DNA of 64,000 bases, from assembly GCA_964016885.1 (NCBI GenBank), contig OZ024745.1, forward strand, positions 29,140,001 through 29,204,000, in the 5' to 3' direction. The translations under genes were made by a program, and so were the position numbers. This stretch comes from Eledone cirrhosa (lineage: Eukaryota). The first letter of the stretch is position 1. Each line of letters starts with the position of its first letter. Under the pieces are notes generated by a model. The model saw nothing but the letters and a program-made list of their open reading frames with translations, searched no databases and was not told the origin of the DNA. Positions 30,601 to 46,269 of this stretch are shown here, in pieces.

Positions 30601-33600
30601 AAACTATAGTAACTTCTATATAAACTATAGTAACTTCTATATAAACTATGGTAACTTCTATATAAACTATAGTAACTTCTATATAAACTATAGTAACTTC
30701 TATATAAACTATAGTAAATTCTATATAAACTATGCTAACTTCTATATAAACTATAGTAACTGCTATATAAACTATAGTAACTTCTATATAAACTATAGTA
30801 ACTTCTATATAAACTATAGTAACTTCTATATAAACTATGCTAACTTCTATATAAACTATGCTAACTTCTATATAAACTATAGTAACTTCTATATAAACTA
30901 TGGTAACTTCTATATGAACTATAGTAACTTCTATATAAACTATAGTAACTTCTATATAAACTATAGTAGCTTCTATATAAACTATGCTAACTTCTATATA
31001 AACTATAGTAACATCAATTATAAACTATGCTAACTTCTATATAAACTATAGTAACATCTATATAAACTATAGTAACTTCTATATAAACTATGCTAACTTC
31101 TATATAAACTATAGTAACATCTATATAAACTATAGTAACTGCTATATAAACTATAGTATCTTCTATATAAACTATAGTAACTTCTATATAAACTATAGTA
31201 ACATCTATATAAACTATAGTAACTGCTATATCAACTATGCTAACTGCTATATAAACTATAGTAACATCTATATAAACTATAGTAACTGCTATATAAACTA
31301 TGCTAACTTCTATATAAACTATAGTAACTGCTATATAAACTATAGTAACTTCTATATAAACTATAGTATCTTCTATATAAACTATAGTAACTTCTATATA
31401 AACTATAGTAACATCTATATAAACTATAGTAACTGCTATATCAACTATGCTAACTGCTATATAAACTATAGTAACATCTATATAAACTATAGTAACTGCT
31501 ATATAAACTATGCTAACTTCTATATAAACTATAGTAACTTCTATATAAAGTATAGTAACTTCTATATAAACTATAGCAACTGCTATATAAGCTATAGTAA
31601 CTTCTATATAAACTATAGTAACTTCTATATAAACTATAGTAACTTCTATATTAACTATGCTAACTTCTATATAAACTATGCTAACTTCTATATAAACTAT
31701 GGTAACTTCTATATAAACTATAGTAACTTCTATATAAACTATAGTAACTGCTATATAAACTATAGTAACTGCTATATAAACTATAGTAACTTCTATATAA
31801 ACTATAGTAAATTCTATATAAACTATGGTAACTTCTATATAAACTATAGTAACTTCTATATAAACTATAGTAACTTCTATATAAACTATGGTAACTTCTA
31901 TATAAACTATAGTAACTGCTATATAAACTATGCTAACTTCTATATAAACTATAGTAACTTCTATATAAACTATGCTAACTTCTATATAAACTATGCTAAC
32001 TTCTATATAAACTATAGTAACTTCTATATAAACTATGCTAACTTCTATATAAACTATGCTAACTTCTATATAAACTATGCTAACTTCTATATAGACTATG
32101 CTAACTTCTATATAAACTATGGTAACTTCTATATAAACTATGCTAACTTCTATATAAACTATGCTAACTTCTATATAGACTATGCTAACTTCTATATAAA
32201 CTATGCTAACTTCTATATAAACTATAGTAACTTCTATATAAACTATGCTAACATCTATATAAACTATAGTAACTTCTATATAAACTATAGTAACTTCTAT
32301 ATAAACTATGCTAACTTCTATATAAACTATGCTAACTTCTATATAAACTATGCTAACTTCTATATAAACTATGCTAACTTCTATATAAATTATAGTAACT
32401 TCTATATAAACTATGCTAACTTCTATATAAACTATGGTAACTTCTATATAAACTATAGTAACTTCTATATAAACTATAGTAACTTCTATATAAACTATAG
32501 TAACTTCTATATAAACTATGCTAACTTCTATATAAACTATAGTAACTTCTATATAAACTATGCTAACTTCTATATAAATTATAGTAACTTCTATATAAAC
32601 TATGCTAACTTCTATATAAACTATGGTAACTTCTATATAAACTATAGTAACTTCTATATAAACTATAGTAACTTCTATATAAACTATAGTAACTTCTATA
32701 TAAACTATGCTAACTTCTATATAAACTATGCTAACTTCTATATAAACTATGCTAACTTCTATATAAACTATGCTAACTTCTATATAAACTATGCTAACTT
32801 CTATATAAATTATAGTAACTTCTATATAAACTATGCTAACTTCTATATAAACTATGGTAACTTCTATATAAACTATGCTAACTTCTATATAAACTATAGT
32901 AACTTCTATATAAACTATGCTAACTTCTATATAAACTATGCTAACTTCTATATAAATTATATGAACTTCTATATAAACTACAGTAACTGCTATATAAACT
33001 ATAGTAACTTCTATATAAACTACAGTAACTTCTATATAAACTATAGTAACTTCTATATAAACTATAGTAACTTCTATATAAACTACAGTAACTTCTATAT
33101 AAACTATGCTAACTGCTATATAAACTATAGTAACTGCTATATAAACTATAGTAACTTCTATATAAACTATAGTAACTGCTATATATACTATAGTAACTTC
33201 TATATAAACTATGCTAACTGCTATATAAACTATAGTAACTGCTATATAAACTATAGTACCTGCTATATAATCTATAGTAACTTCTATATAAACTACAGTA
33301 ACTGCAAGATAAACTATAGTAAGTGCTATATAAACTATAGTAACATCTATATAAACTATAGTAACTGCTATATAAACTATAGTAACTGCTATATAAACTA
33401 TAGTAACTTCTATATAAACTATAGGAACGTCTATATAAACTATAGTAACTTCTATATAAACTACAGTAACTTCTATATAAACTATAGTAACTTCTATATA
33501 AACTATAGTAACTTCTATAATAAACTATAGTAACTTCTATATAAACTATAGTAACTTCTATATAAACTATAGTAACTTCTATATAAACTATTGTAACTGC

Positions 33601-34719
33601 TATATAAACTATAGTAACTTCTATATAAACTATAGTAACTTCTATATAAACTATAGTAACATCTATATAAACTATAGTAACTGCTATATAAATTATGGTA
33701 ACTTCTATATAAACTATGGTAACTTCTATATAAACTATGCTAACTTCTATATAAACTATAGTAACTGCTATATAAACTATGGTAACTTCTATATAAACTA
33801 TGCTAACTTCTATATAAACTATAGTAACTTCTATATAAACTATGGTAACTTCTATATAAACTATAGTAACTTCTATATAAACTATAGTAACTCCTATATA
33901 AACTATAGTAACTTCTATATAAACTATAGTAACTTCTATATAAACTATTCTAACTTCTATATAAACTATGGTAACTTCTATATAAACTATAGTAACTTCT
34001 ATATAAACTATAGTAACTGCTATATAAACTATAGGAACTTCTATATAAACTATAGTAACTTCTATATAAAGTATAGTAACTTCTATATAAACTATAGTAA
34101 CTTCTATATAAACTATAGTAACTACTATATAAACTATAGTAACCTCTATATAAACTATAGTAACTGCTATAAAAACTATAGTAACTTCTATATAAATTAT
34201 AGTAACTTCTATATAAACTATGGTCACTTCTATATAAACTATGCTCACTTCTATATAAACTATAGGAACTTCTATATAAACTATAGTAACTTCTATATAA
34301 ACTATAGTAACATCTATATAAACTATAGTAACTTCTATATAAACTATAGTAACTTCTATATAAACTATGCTAACTTCTATATAAACTATGCTAACTTCTA
34401 TATAAACTATAGTAACTTCTATATAAACTATGGTAACTTCTATATAAACTATGGTAACTTCTATATAAACTAAGCTAACTTCTATATAAACTATAGTAAC
34501 TTCTATATAAACTATAGTAACTGCTATATAAACTATAGTAACTTCTATATAAACTATGCTAACTTCTATATAAACTAGGGTAACTGCTATATAAACTATA
34601 AGAACTTCTATATAAACTATAGTAACTACTATATAAACTATAGTAACTTCTATATAAACTATAGGAACTGCTATATAAACTATGGTAACTTCTATATAAA
34701 CTATAGTAACTGCTATATA

Positions 34720-37700
34720 AATTATAGTAACTTCTATATAAACTATAGTAACTTCTATATAAACTATGCTAACTGCTATATATACTATAGTAATTGCTAT
34801 ATAAACTATAGTAACTTCTATATAAACTATAGTAACTTCTATATAAACTATAGTAACTGCTATATGTACCATAGTAACTGCTATATAAACTATAGTAACA
34901 TCTATATAAACTATAGTAACTGCTATATAAACTATGCTAACTGCTATATAAACTATAGTAACATCAAAATAAACTATAGTTACTGCTATATAAACTATAG
35001 TAACATCTATATAAACTATAGTAAACTTCTATATAAACTATAGTAACTGCTATATAAACTATAGTAACATCTATATGAACTATAGTAACTGCTATATAAA
35101 CTATAGTAACTTCTATATAAACTATAGTAGCTTCTATATAAACTATAGTAATTTCTATATAAACTATAGTAACTGCTATGTAAACTATAGTAACATCTAT
35201 ATAAACTATAGTAACTGTTATATAAACTATGCTAACTTCTATATAAACTATAGTAGCTTCTATATAAACTATAGTAACTTCTATATAAACTATAGTAACT
35301 GCTATATAGACTATAGTAACTTCTATATAAACTATAGTAACTGCTATATAAACTATATTAACTGCTATATAAACTATAGTAACATCTATATGAACTATAG
35401 TAACTTTTATATAAACTATAGTAACTTTTATATAAACTATGCTAAGTTCTATATAAACTATAGTAACTTCTATATAAACTATAATAACTTTTATATAAAC
35501 TATGCTAACTTCTATATAAACTATAGTTACTTTCTATATAAACTATAGTAACTTTTATATAAACTATGCTAACTTCTATATAAACTATAGTAACTTCTAT
35601 ATAAACTATAGTAACTTTTATATAAACTATGCTAACTTCTATATAAACTATAGTAACTTCTATATAAACTATAGTAACTTTTATATAAACTATGCTAACT
35701 TCTATATAAACTATAGTAACTTCTATATAAACTATAGTAACTTTTATATAAACTATGCTAACTTCTATATAAACTATAGTAACTTCTATATAAACTATAG
35801 TAACTTTTATATAAACTATGCTAACTTCTATATAAACTATAGTAACTGCTATATAAACTATAGTAACTGCTATATAAACTATAGTAACTGCTATATAAAC
35901 TATAGTAACTTCTATATAAACTATAGTAAATTCTATATAAACTATGGTAACTTCTATATAAACTGTGCTAACTTCTATATAAACTATAGTAACTTCTATA
36001 TAAACTATGCTAACTTCTATATAAACTATAGTAACTTCTATATAAACTATGGTAACTTCTATATAAACTATAGTAACTGCTATATAAACTATGCTAACTT
36101 CTATATAAACTAAAGTAACATCTATATAAACTATAGTAACTTCTATATAAACTATAGTAACTTCTATATAAACTATAGTAACTGCTATATAGACTATGGT
36201 AACTTCTATATAAACTATGGTAACTTCTATATAAACTATGCTAACTTCTATATAAACTATAGTAACTTCTATATAAACTATGCTAACTTCTATATAAACT
36301 ATAGTAACTTCTATATAAACTATGCTAACTTCTATATAAACTATGGTAACTTCTATATAAACTATGCTAACTTCTATATAAACTATAGTAACTTCTATAT
36401 AAACTATGCTAACTTCTATATAAACTATAGTAACTTCTATATAAACTATGCTAACTTCTATATAAACTATGGTAACTTCTATATAAACTATAGTAACTTC
36501 TATATAAACTATGCTAACTTCTATATAAACTATAGTAACTTCTATATAAACTATGCTAACTTCTATATAAACTATAGTAACTTCTATATAAACTATGCTA
36601 ACTTCTATATAAACTATGGTAACTTCTATATAAACTATAGTAACTTCTATATAAACTATGCTAACTTCTATATGAACTATGCTAACTTCTATATAAACTA
36701 TAGTAACTTCTATATAAACTATGCTAACTTCTATATAAACTATGCTAACTTCTATATAAATTATATGAACTTCTATATAAACTATAGTAACTTCTATATA
36801 AACTATAGTAACTTCTATATAAACTATAGTAACTTCTATATAAACTATAGTAACTTTTATATAACCTATGCTAACTTCTATATAAACTATAGTAACTGCT
36901 ATATAAACTATAGTAACTGCTATATAAACTATAGTAACTTCTATATAAACTATAGTATCTTCTATATAAACTATAGTAACTTCTATATAAACTATAGTAA
37001 CATCTATATAAACTATAGTAACTGCTATATCAACTATGCTAACTTCTATATAAACTACAGTAACTGCTATATAAACTATAGTAACTTCTATATAAACTAT
37101 AGTAACTGCTATATAACCTATGCTAACTTCTATATAAACTATAGTAACTTCTATATAAACTATGCTAACTTCTATATAAACTATAGTAACTGCTATATAA
37201 ACTATAGTAACTTCTATATAAACTATAGTAACTGCTATATAAACTATAGTAACTTCTATATAATCTATAGTAACTTCTATATAAACTATAGTAACTTCTT
37301 TATAAACTATAGTAACATCTATATAAACTATGCTAACTTCTATATAAACTATAGTAACTTCTATATAAACTATAGTAACTTCTATATAAACTATAGTAAC
37401 TTCTATATAAACTATAGTAACTTCTATATAAACTATAGTAACTGCTATATAAACTATGCTAACTGCTATATAAACTATAGTAACTGCTATATAAACTATT
37501 AACTGCTATATAAACTATAGTAACATCTATATAAACTATAGTAACTTTTATATAAACTATAGTAACTTTTATATAAACTATGCTAAGTTCTTTATAAACT
37601 ATAGTAACTTTTATATAAACTATGCTAACTTCTATATAAACTATAGTTACTTTCTATATAAACTATAGTAACTTTTATATAAACTATGCTAACTTCCATA

Positions 37701-40700
37701 TAATCTATAGTAACTTCTATATAAACTATAGTAACTTTTATATAAACTATGCTAACTTCTATATAAACTATAGTAACTTCTATATAAACTATAGTAACTT
37801 TTATATAAACTATGCTAACTTCTATATAAACTATAGTAACTTCTATATAAACTATAGTAACTTTTATATAAACTATGCTAACTTCTATATAAACTATAGT
37901 AACTGCTATATAAACTATAGTAACTGCTATATAAACTATAGTAACTTCTATATAAACTATAGTAACATCTATATAAACTATCGTAACTGCTATATAAACT
38001 ATAGTAACATCTATATAAACTATAGTAACTGCTATATCAACTATGCTAACTTCTATATAAACTATAGTAACATCTATATAAACTATGCTAACATCTATAT
38101 AAACTATAGTAACTTTTATATAAACTATGCTAACTTCTATATAAACTATAGTAACTTCTATATAAACTATAGTAACTTTTATATAAACTATGCTAACTTC
38201 TATATAAACTATAGTATCTTCTATATAAACTATAGTAACTTCTATATAAACTATAGTAACTTCTATATAAACTATAGTAACTTCTATATAAACTATAGTA
38301 ACTTTTATGTAAACTATGCTAACTTCTATATAAACTATAGTAACTGCTATATAAACTATAGTAACTGCTATATAAACTATAGTAACTTCTATATAAACTA
38401 TAGTAACTTCTATATAAACTATGCTAACTGCTATATATACTATAGTAATTGCTATATAAACTATAGTAACTTCTATATAAACTATAGTAACTTCTATATA
38501 AACTATAGTAACTGCTATATGTACCATAGTAACTGCTATATAAACTATAGTAACATCTATATAAACTATAGTAACTGCTATATAAACTATGCTAACTGCT
38601 ATATAAACTATAGTAACATCAAAATAAACTATAGTTACTGCTATATAAACTATAGTAACATCTATATAAACTATAGTAAACTTCTATATAAACTATAGTA
38701 ACTGCTATATAAACTATAGTAACATCTATATGAACTATAGTAACTGCTATATAAACTATAGTAACTTCTATATAAACTATAGTAGCTTCTATATAAACTA
38801 TAGTAATTTCTATATAAACTATAGTAACTGCTATGTAAACTATAGTAACATCTATATAAACTATAGTAACTGTTATATAAACTATGCTAACTTCTATATA
38901 AACTATAGTAGCTTCTATATAAACTATAGTAACTTCTATATAAACTATAGTAACTGCTATATAGACTATAGTAACTTCTATATAAACTATAGTAACTGCT
39001 ATATAAACTATATTAACTGCTATATAAACTATAGTAACATCTATATGAATTATAGTAACTTTTATATAAACTATAGTAACTTTTATATAAACTATGCTAA
39101 GTTCTATATAAACTATAGTAACTTCTATATAAACTATAATAACTTTTATATAAACTATGCTAACTTCTATATAAACTATAGTTACTTTCTATATAAACTA
39201 TAGTAACTTTTATATAAACTATGCTAACTTCTATATAAACTATAGTAACTTCTATATAAACTATAGTAACTTTTATATAAACTATGCTAACTTCTATATA
39301 AACTATAGTAACTTCTATATAAACTATAGTAACTTTTATATAAACTATGCTAACTTCTATATAAACTATAGTAACTTCTATATAAACTATAGTAACTTTT
39401 ATATAAACTATGCTAACTTCTATATAAACTATAGTAACTTCTATATAAACTATAGTAACTTTTATATAAACTATGCTAACTTCTATATAAACTATAGTAA
39501 CTGCTATATAAACTATAGTAACTGCTATATAAACTATAGTAACTGCTATATAAACTATAGTAACTTCTATATAAACTATAGTAAATTCTATATAAACTAT
39601 GGTAACTTCTATATAAACTGTGCTAACTTCTATATAAACTATAGTAACTTCTATATAAACTATGCTAACTTCTATATAAACTATAGTAACTTCTATATAA
39701 ACTATGGTAACTTCTATATAAACTATAGTAACTGCTATATAAACTATGCTAACTTCTATATAAACTAAAGTAACATCTATATAAACTATAGTAACTTCTA
39801 TATAAACTATAGTAACTTCTATATAAACTATAGTAACTGCTATATAGACTATGGTAACTTCTATATAAACTATGGTAACTTCTATATAAACTATGCTAAC
39901 TTCTATATAAACTATAGTAACTTCTATATAAACTATGCTAACTTCTATATAAACTATAGTAACTTCTATATAAACTATGCTAACTTCTATATAAACTATG
40001 GTAACTTCTATATAAACTATGCTAACTTCTATATAAACTATAGTAACTTCTATATAAACTATGCTAACTTCTATATAAACTATAGTAACTTCTATATAAA
40101 CTATGCTAACTTCTATATAAACTATGGTAACTTCTATATAAACTATAGTAACTTCTATATAAACTATGCTAACTTCTATATAAACTATAGTAACTTCTAT
40201 ATAAACTATGCTAACTTCTATATAAACTATAGTAACTTCTATATAAACTATGCTAACTTCTATATAAACTATGGTAACTTCTATATAAACTATAGTAACT
40301 TCTATATAAACTATGCTAACTTCTATATAAACTATGCTAACTTCTATATAAACTATAGTAACTTCTATATAAACTATGCTAACTTCTATATAAACTATGC
40401 TAACTTCTATATAAATTATATGAACTTCTATATAAACTATAGTAACTTCTATATAAACTATAGTAACTTCTATATAAACTATAGTAACTTCTATATAAAC
40501 TATAGTAACTTTTATATAACCTATGCTAACTTCTATATAAACTATAGTAACTGCTATATAAACTATAGTAACTGCTATATAAACTATAGTAACTTCTATA
40601 TAAACTATAGTATCTTCTATATAAACTATAGTAACTTCTATATAAACTATAGTAACATCTATATAAACTATAGTAACTGCTATATCAACTATGCTAACTT

Positions 40701-42050
40701 CTATATAAACTACAGTAACTGCTATATAAACTATAGTAACTTCTATATAAACTATAGTAACTGCTATATAACCTATGCTAACTTCTATATAAACTATAGT
40801 AACTTCTATATAAACTATGCTAACTTCTATATAAACTATAGTAACTGCTATATAAACTATAGTAACTTCTATATAAACTATAGTAACTGCTATATAAACT
40901 ATAGTAACTTCTATATAATCTATAGTAACTTCTATATAAACTATAGTAACTTCTTTATAAACTATAGTAACATCTATATAAACTATGCTAACTTCTATAT
41001 AAACTATAGTAACTTCTATATAAACTATAGTAACTTCTATATAAACTATAGTAACTTCTATATAAACTATAGTAACTTCTATATAAACTATAGTAACTGC
41101 TATATAAACTATGCTAACTGCTATATAAACTATAGTAACTGCTATATAATCTATTAACTGCTATATAAACTATAGTAACATCTATATAAACTATAGTAAC
41201 TTTTATATAAACTATAGTAACTTTTATATAAACTATGCTAAGTTCTTTATAAACTATAGTAACTTTTATATAAACTATGCTAACTTCTATATAAACTATA
41301 GTTACTTTCTATATAAACTATAGTAACTTTTATATAAACTATGCTAACTTCCATATAATCTATAGTAACTTCTATATAAACTATAGTAACTTTTATATAA
41401 ACTATGCTAACTTCTATATAAACTATAGTAACTTCTATATAAACTATAGTAACTTTTATATAAACTATGCTAACTTCTATATAAACTATAGTAACTTCTA
41501 TATAAACTATAGTAACTTTTATATAAACTATGCTAACTTCTATATAAACTATAGTAACTGCTATATAAACTATAGTAACTGCTATATAAACTATAGTAAC
41601 TTCTATATAAACTATAGTAACATCTATATAAACTATCGTAACTGCTATATAAACTATAGTAACATCTATATAAACTATAGTAACTGCTATATCAACTATG
41701 CTAACTTCTATATAAACTATAGTAACATCTATATAAACTATGCTAACATCTATATAAACTATAGTAACTTTTATATAAACTATGCTAACTTCTATATAAA
41801 CTATAGTAACTTCTATATAAACTATAGTAACTTTTATATAAACTATGCTAACTTCTATATAAACTATAGTATCTTCTATATAAACTATAGTAACTTCTAT
41901 ATAAACTATAGTAACTTCTATATAAACTATAGTAACTTCTATATAAACTATAGTAACTTTTATGTAAACTATGCTAACTTCTATATAAACTATAGTAACT
42001 GCTATATAAACTATAGTAACTGCTATATAAACTATAGTAACTTCTATATA
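34720..42050. repeat. Higher-order tandem duplication within the satellite, period 3,655 bp (174 monomers +1 nt), 2 copies
   Basis: Pseudo-ORF starts 35075/38730 and 34872/38527 and ends 37502/41157 are all 3,655 apart. AATAAA variant at 34968/38623. Indel monomers are shared. Confidence 0.92.
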
Positions 42051-45000
42051 AACTATAGTATCTTCTATATAAACTATAGTAACTTCTATATAAACTATAG
42101 TAACATCTATATAAACTATAGTAACTGCTATATCAATTATGCTAACTTCTATATAAAGTATAGTAACTGCTATATAAACTATAGTAACTTCTATATAAAC
42201 TATAGTAACTGCTATATAAACTATGCTAACTTCTATATAAACTTTAGTAACTTCTATATAAACTATGCTAACTTCTATATAAACAATAGTAACTGCTATA
42301 TAAACTATAGTAACTTCTATATAAACTATAGTAACTGCTATATAAACTATAGTAACTTCTATATAATCTATAGTAACTTCTATATAAACTATAGTAACTT
42401 CTTTATAAACTATAGTAACATCTATATAAACTATGCTAACTTCTATATAAACTATAGTAACTTCTATATAAACTATAGTAACTTCTATATAAACTATAGT
42501 AATTTCTATATAAACTATGGTAACTTCTATATAAACTATGCTAACTTCTATATAAACTATAGGAACTTCTATATAAACTATAGTAACTTCTATATAAACT
42601 ATAGTAACATCTATATAAACTATAGTAACTGCTATATAAACTATAGTAACTGCTATATAAACTATTAACTGCTATATAAACTATAGTAACATCTATATAA
42701 ACTATAGTAACTTCTATATAAACTATAGTAACTTTTATATAAACTATGCTAACTTCTATATAAACTATAGTAACTTTTATATAAACTATGCTAACTTCTA
42801 TATAAACTATAGTAACTTCTATATAAACTATAGTAACTTCTATATAAACTATAGTAATTTCTATATAAACTATGGTAACTTCTATATAAACTATGCTAAC
42901 TTCTATATAAACTATAGGAACTTCTATATAAACTATAGTAACTTCTATATAAACTATAGTAACATCTATATAAACTATAGTAACTGCTATATAAACTATA
43001 GTAACTGCTATATAAACTATTAACTGCTATATAAACTATAGTAACATCTATATAAACTATAGTAACTTCTATATAAACTATAGTAACTTTTATATAAACT
43101 ATGCTAACTTCTATATAAACTATAGTAACTTTTATATAACTATGCTAACTTCTATATAAACTATAGTAACTTCTATATAAACTATAGTAACTTTTATATA
43201 AACTATGCTAACTTCTATATAAACTATAGTATCTTCTATATAAACTATAGTAACTTCTATATAAACTATAGTAACTTCTATATAAACTATAGTAACTTTT
43301 ATGTAAACTATGCTAAGTTCTATATAAACTATAGTAACTTTTATATAAACTATACTAACTTCTATATAAACTATAGTTACTTTCTATATAAACTATAGTA
43401 ACTTTTATATAAACTATGCTAACTTCTATATAATCTATAGTAACTTCTATATAAACTATAGTAACTTTTATGTAAACTATGCTAACTTCTATATAAACTA
43501 TAGTAACTGCTATATAAACTATAGTAACTGCTATATAAACTATAGTAACTTCTATATAAACTATAGTATCTTCTATATAAACTATAGTAACTTCTATATA
43601 AACTATAGTAACATCTATATAAACTATAGTAACTGCTATATCAATTATGCTAACTTCTATATAAACTATAGTAACTGCTATATAAACTATAGTAACTTCT
43701 ATATAAACTATAGTAACATCTATATAAACTATAGTAACTGCTATGTCAATTATGCTAACTTCTATATAAACTATAGTAACTGCTATATAAACTATAGTAA
43801 CTTCTATATAAACTATGCTAACTTCTATATAAACTATAGTAACTGCTATATAAACTATAGTAACTTCTATATAAACTATCGTAACTGCTATATAAAGTAT
43901 AGTAACATCTATATAAACTATAGTAACTGCTATATCAACTATGCTAACTTCTATATAAACTATAGTAACATCTATATAAACTATGCTAACTTCTATATAA
44001 ACTATAGTAACTTTTATATAAACTATGCTAACTTCTATATAAACTATAGTAACTTTTATATAAACTATGCTAACTTCTATATAAACTATAGTAACTTCTA
44101 TATAAACTATAGTAACTTTTATGTAAACTATGCTAACTTCTATATAAACTATAGTAACTGCTATATAAACTATAGTAACTGCTATATAAACTATAGTAAC
44201 TTCTATATAAACTATAGTATCTTCTATATAAACTATAGTAACTTCTATATAAACTATAGTAACATCTATATAAACTATAGTAACTGCTATATCAATTATG
44301 CTAACTTCTATATAAAGTATAGTAACTGCTATATAAACTATAGTAACTTCTATATAAACTATAGTAACTGCTATATAAACTATGCTAACTTCTATATAAA
44401 CTTTAGTAACTTCTATATAAACTATGCTAACTTCTATATAAACAATAGTAACTGCTATATAAACTATAGTAACTTCTATATAAACTATAGTAACTGCTAT
44501 ATAAACTATAGTAACTTCTATATAATCTATAGTAACTTCTATATAAACTATAGTAACTTCTTTATAAACTATAGTAACATCTATATAAACTATGCTAACT
44601 TCTATATAAACTATAGTAACTTCTATATAAACTATAGTAACTTCTATATAAACTATAGTAATTTCTATATAAACTATGGTAACTTCTATATAAACTATGC
44701 TAACTTCTATATAAACTATAGGAACTTCTATATAAACTATAGTAACTTCTATATAAACTATAGTAACATCTATATAAACTATAGTAACTGCTATATAAAC
44801 TATAGTAACTGCTATATAAACTATTAACTGCTATATAAACTATAGTAACATCTATATAAACTATAGTAACTTCTATATAAACTATAGTAACTTTTATATA
44901 AACTATGCTAAGTTCTATATAAACTATAGTAACTTTTATATAAACTATGCTAACTTCTATATAAACTATAGTAACTTCTATATAAACTATAGTAACTTCT

Positions 45001-46250
45001 ATATAAACTATAGTAATTTCTATATAAACTATGGTAACTTCTATATAAACTATGCTAACTTCTATATAAACTATAGGAACTTCTATATAAACTATAGTAA
45101 CTTCTATATAAACTATAGTAACATCTATATAAACTATAGTAACTGCTATATAAACTATAGTAACTGCTATATAAACTATTAACTGCTATATAAACTATAG
45201 TAACATCTATATAAACTATAGTAACTTCTATATAAACTATAGTAACTTTTATATAAACTATGCTAACTTCTATATAAACTATAGTAACTTTTATATAACT
45301 ATGCTAACTTCTATATAAACTATAGTAACTTCTATATAAACTATAGTAACTTTTATATAAACTATGCTAACTTCTATATAAACTATAGTATCTTCTATAT
45401 AAACTATAGTAACTTCTATATAAACTATAGTAACTTCTATATAAACTATAGTAACTTTTATGTAAACTATGCTAAGTTCTATATAAACTATAGTAACTTT
45501 TATATAAACTATACTAACTTCTATATAAACTATAGTTACTTTCTATATAAACTATAGTAACTTTTATATAAACTATGCTAACTTCTATATAATCTATAGT
45601 AACTTCTATATAAACTATAGTAACTTTTATGTAAACTATGCTAACTTCTATATAAACTATAGTAACTGCTATATAAACTATAGTAACTGCTATATAAACT
45701 ATAGTAACTTCTATATAAACTATAGTATCTTCTATATAAACTATAGTAACTTCTATATAAACTATAGTAACATCTATATAAACTATAGTAACTGCTATAT
45801 CAATTATGCTAACTTCTATATAAACTATAGTAACTGCTATATAAACTATAGTAACTTCTATATAAACTATAGTAACATCTATATAAACTATAGTAACTGC
45901 TATGTCAATTATGCTAACTTCTATATAAACTATAGTAACTGCTATATAAACTATAGTAACTTCTATATAAACTATGCTAACTTCTATATAAACTATAGTA
46001 ACTGCTATATAAACTATAGTAACTTCTATATAAACTATCGTAACTGCTATATAAAGTATAGTAACATCTATATAAACTATAGTAACTGCTATATCAACTA
46101 TGCTAACTTCTATATAAACTATAGTAACATCTATATAAACTATGCTAACTTCTATATAAACTATAGTAACTTTTACATAAACTATGCTAACTTCTATATA
46201 AACTATAGTAACTTTTATATAAACTATGCTAACTTCTATATAAACTATAG
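41930..46250. repeat. Higher-order tandem duplication within the satellite, period 2,159 bp (103 monomers -4 nt), 2 copies, with a nested 355-bp duplication
   Basis: AAACAATAG at 42281/44440, CTATGTCAAT at 43741/45900, 1-nt deletion monomer TTTATATAAC at 43131/45290. Nested ACTATTAACT at 42661/43016. Confidence 0.9.
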
Positions 46251-46269
46251 TAACTTCTATATAAACTAT

